Origin: Promethearchaeia archaeon
GTDB taxonomy: Archaea; Asgardarchaeota; Lokiarchaeia; Sigyniarchaeales; SOKP01
Direction: 5' to 3'
Assembly: GCA_029856105.1 (NCBI GenBank)
Contig: JAHQWH010000229.1
Coordinates: 1-13,657 of the forward strand
Length of the DNA: 13,657 nucleotides
A program made the position numbers and the translations under genes. Below are positions 12,758 through 13,657 of the stretch, one piece after another (the stretch's first letter is position 1; every line of letters starts with the position of its first letter). The notes under the pieces are model-generated. The model was not told the DNA's origin. It made no database searches and was given only the letters and a program-made list of their open reading frames with translations.

Positions 12758-13657
12758 ATGATGTTAAATAAAAGTAAAACCAGAACAAGCATATTGAGCT
12801 TAACTATACTGAGCCTATTTCTTATTGGAACTCTATCTACATCAATAGTAGCTAGCTCAACATACCAACATACATTAGCGAAAAGAACTGATGATTTCGT
12901 AGTTGAGCTTTATAATAGTGCTGAATGGAAAACCACTGTTGATTCCAACTCAACACCGAGCGATTGGTTTGAAGGAGAGGCAAATATTACAAATGCAAAA
13001 AGCAAAACAACTCTAAAAGGATGGGTGGCCAACGCATGGGACACATATGATGTTCTTACATCAATATTTATGCCCGAATACTTCAATTTTACAGAAACCA
13101 TGGCACTCTTATTCTTAATGGATTCGCAGGGATACAACGAAACTACGATCAATGCTAACTATACAAATAATTATGACTTAACGTATGGATTACGTGCTGT
13201 ATGGAATTATACGAGTAATGACTATGAGGAGAATCCGAGCTATTCCGATGGAATCATAATCCTTCAGAATCCTTTAGATTACAAAGCAATGTTGGACGAT
13301 TATAACAACCTTGCTGAGGATCTTAACGGAAACTTTGCTATTATATTTTCGGGCTTTAAGTTTCCAAATGTAAGCGCAGATGAATTTCTCTGGAGACTCG
13401 CTCTCAATGGTTTAGCAATCGCAGAACCACATGGGGATTATTTGGAATCTCTAATTTCTGAACTTGGATGTGAAAATGCTTCGGTAAGCGGATCAACACT
13501 TATATTTAAACGTTATGGTTTAACGAATTACACTGTCGAAATATCATACGGAGATAAGGGGATTATGTCCTCATTCACGGTAAAAGACATAGGTGATACG
13601 GTTATCTATCAAATAACCAGTTCCAATTCAGAATGGCTGTTTTATTTAATTCTAATA
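12758..13657 (+). CDS. 3'-truncated secreted, probably N-glycosylated and C-terminally membrane-anchored protein; not in the supplied ORF track
   Basis: Open for 300 codons from ATG 12758, 1 nt after the permease stop, with SD AAGGAGG at 12741-12747. Signal peptide MMLNKSKTRTSILSLTILSLFLIGTLSTSIVA. Nine N-x-S/T sequons in the mature part. The window ends in hydrophobic EWLFYLILI. Confidence 0.9.
   Translation, partial: MMLNKSKTRTSILSLTILSLFLIGTLSTSIVASSTYQHTLAKRTDDFVVELYNSAEWKTTVDSNSTPSDWFEGEANITNAKSKTTLKGWVANAWDTYDVLTSIFMPEYFNFTETMALLFLMDSQGYNETTINANYTNNYDLTYGLRAVWNYTSNDYEENPSYSDGIIILQNPLDYKAMLDDYNNLAEDLNGNFAIIFSGFKFPNVSADEFLWRLALNGLAIAEPHGDYLESLISELGCENASVSGSTLIFKRYGLTNYTVEISYGDKGIMSSFTVKDIGDTVIYQITSSNSEWLFYLILI

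Noticed and set aside
1-13657. Frequent TCGA sites as a clue to the TaqI-like MTase target; also a search for CRISPR arrays, tRNA, rRNA and IS elements
   Set aside because: By eye, the TCGA frequency is not clearly different from compositional expectation, and one window is too small to infer a target. I saw no spaced repeat array, cloverleaf, rRNA-like segment or transposase.

Overview
AT-rich, archaeal-style window. TATA boxes sit about 23 nt before leaderless starts, Shine-Dalgarno sites are GGTGA-type, and terminators are oligo-T. Gene content and protein style suggest Asgard archaea (Lokiarchaeia); this is inference. In order, it contains: the 3' end of a membrane-anchored Ig-like surface protein; a 145-bp intergenic element closed by a perfect 15-bp inverted repeat; an alpha/beta hydrolase; a 474-aa protein (helical domain, coiled coil, Pro-rich repeat linker) ending in a TSG101/Vps23 steadiness-box-like domain; NH3-dependent NAD synthetase (nadE); two hypothetical proteins, one ending in a proteasome-docking-type HbYX tail; an orphan gamma-class N6-adenine DNA methyltransferase with a 4-Cys insert; a tandem DUF6125/V4R-like protein; an amidohydrolase; a CaCA antiporter homologue with rewritten ion-binding motifs; a 51-aa CdrS-like ribbon-helix-helix gene missed by the ORF track; and an operon of ABC ATPase, ABC-2 permease and a secreted, sequon-rich protein that runs off the 3' end. 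The most interesting leads are the ESCRT-I-like protein, probable ATA initiation in two genes, and the structured intergenic element. I saw no rRNA, tRNA, CRISPR array or transposase.
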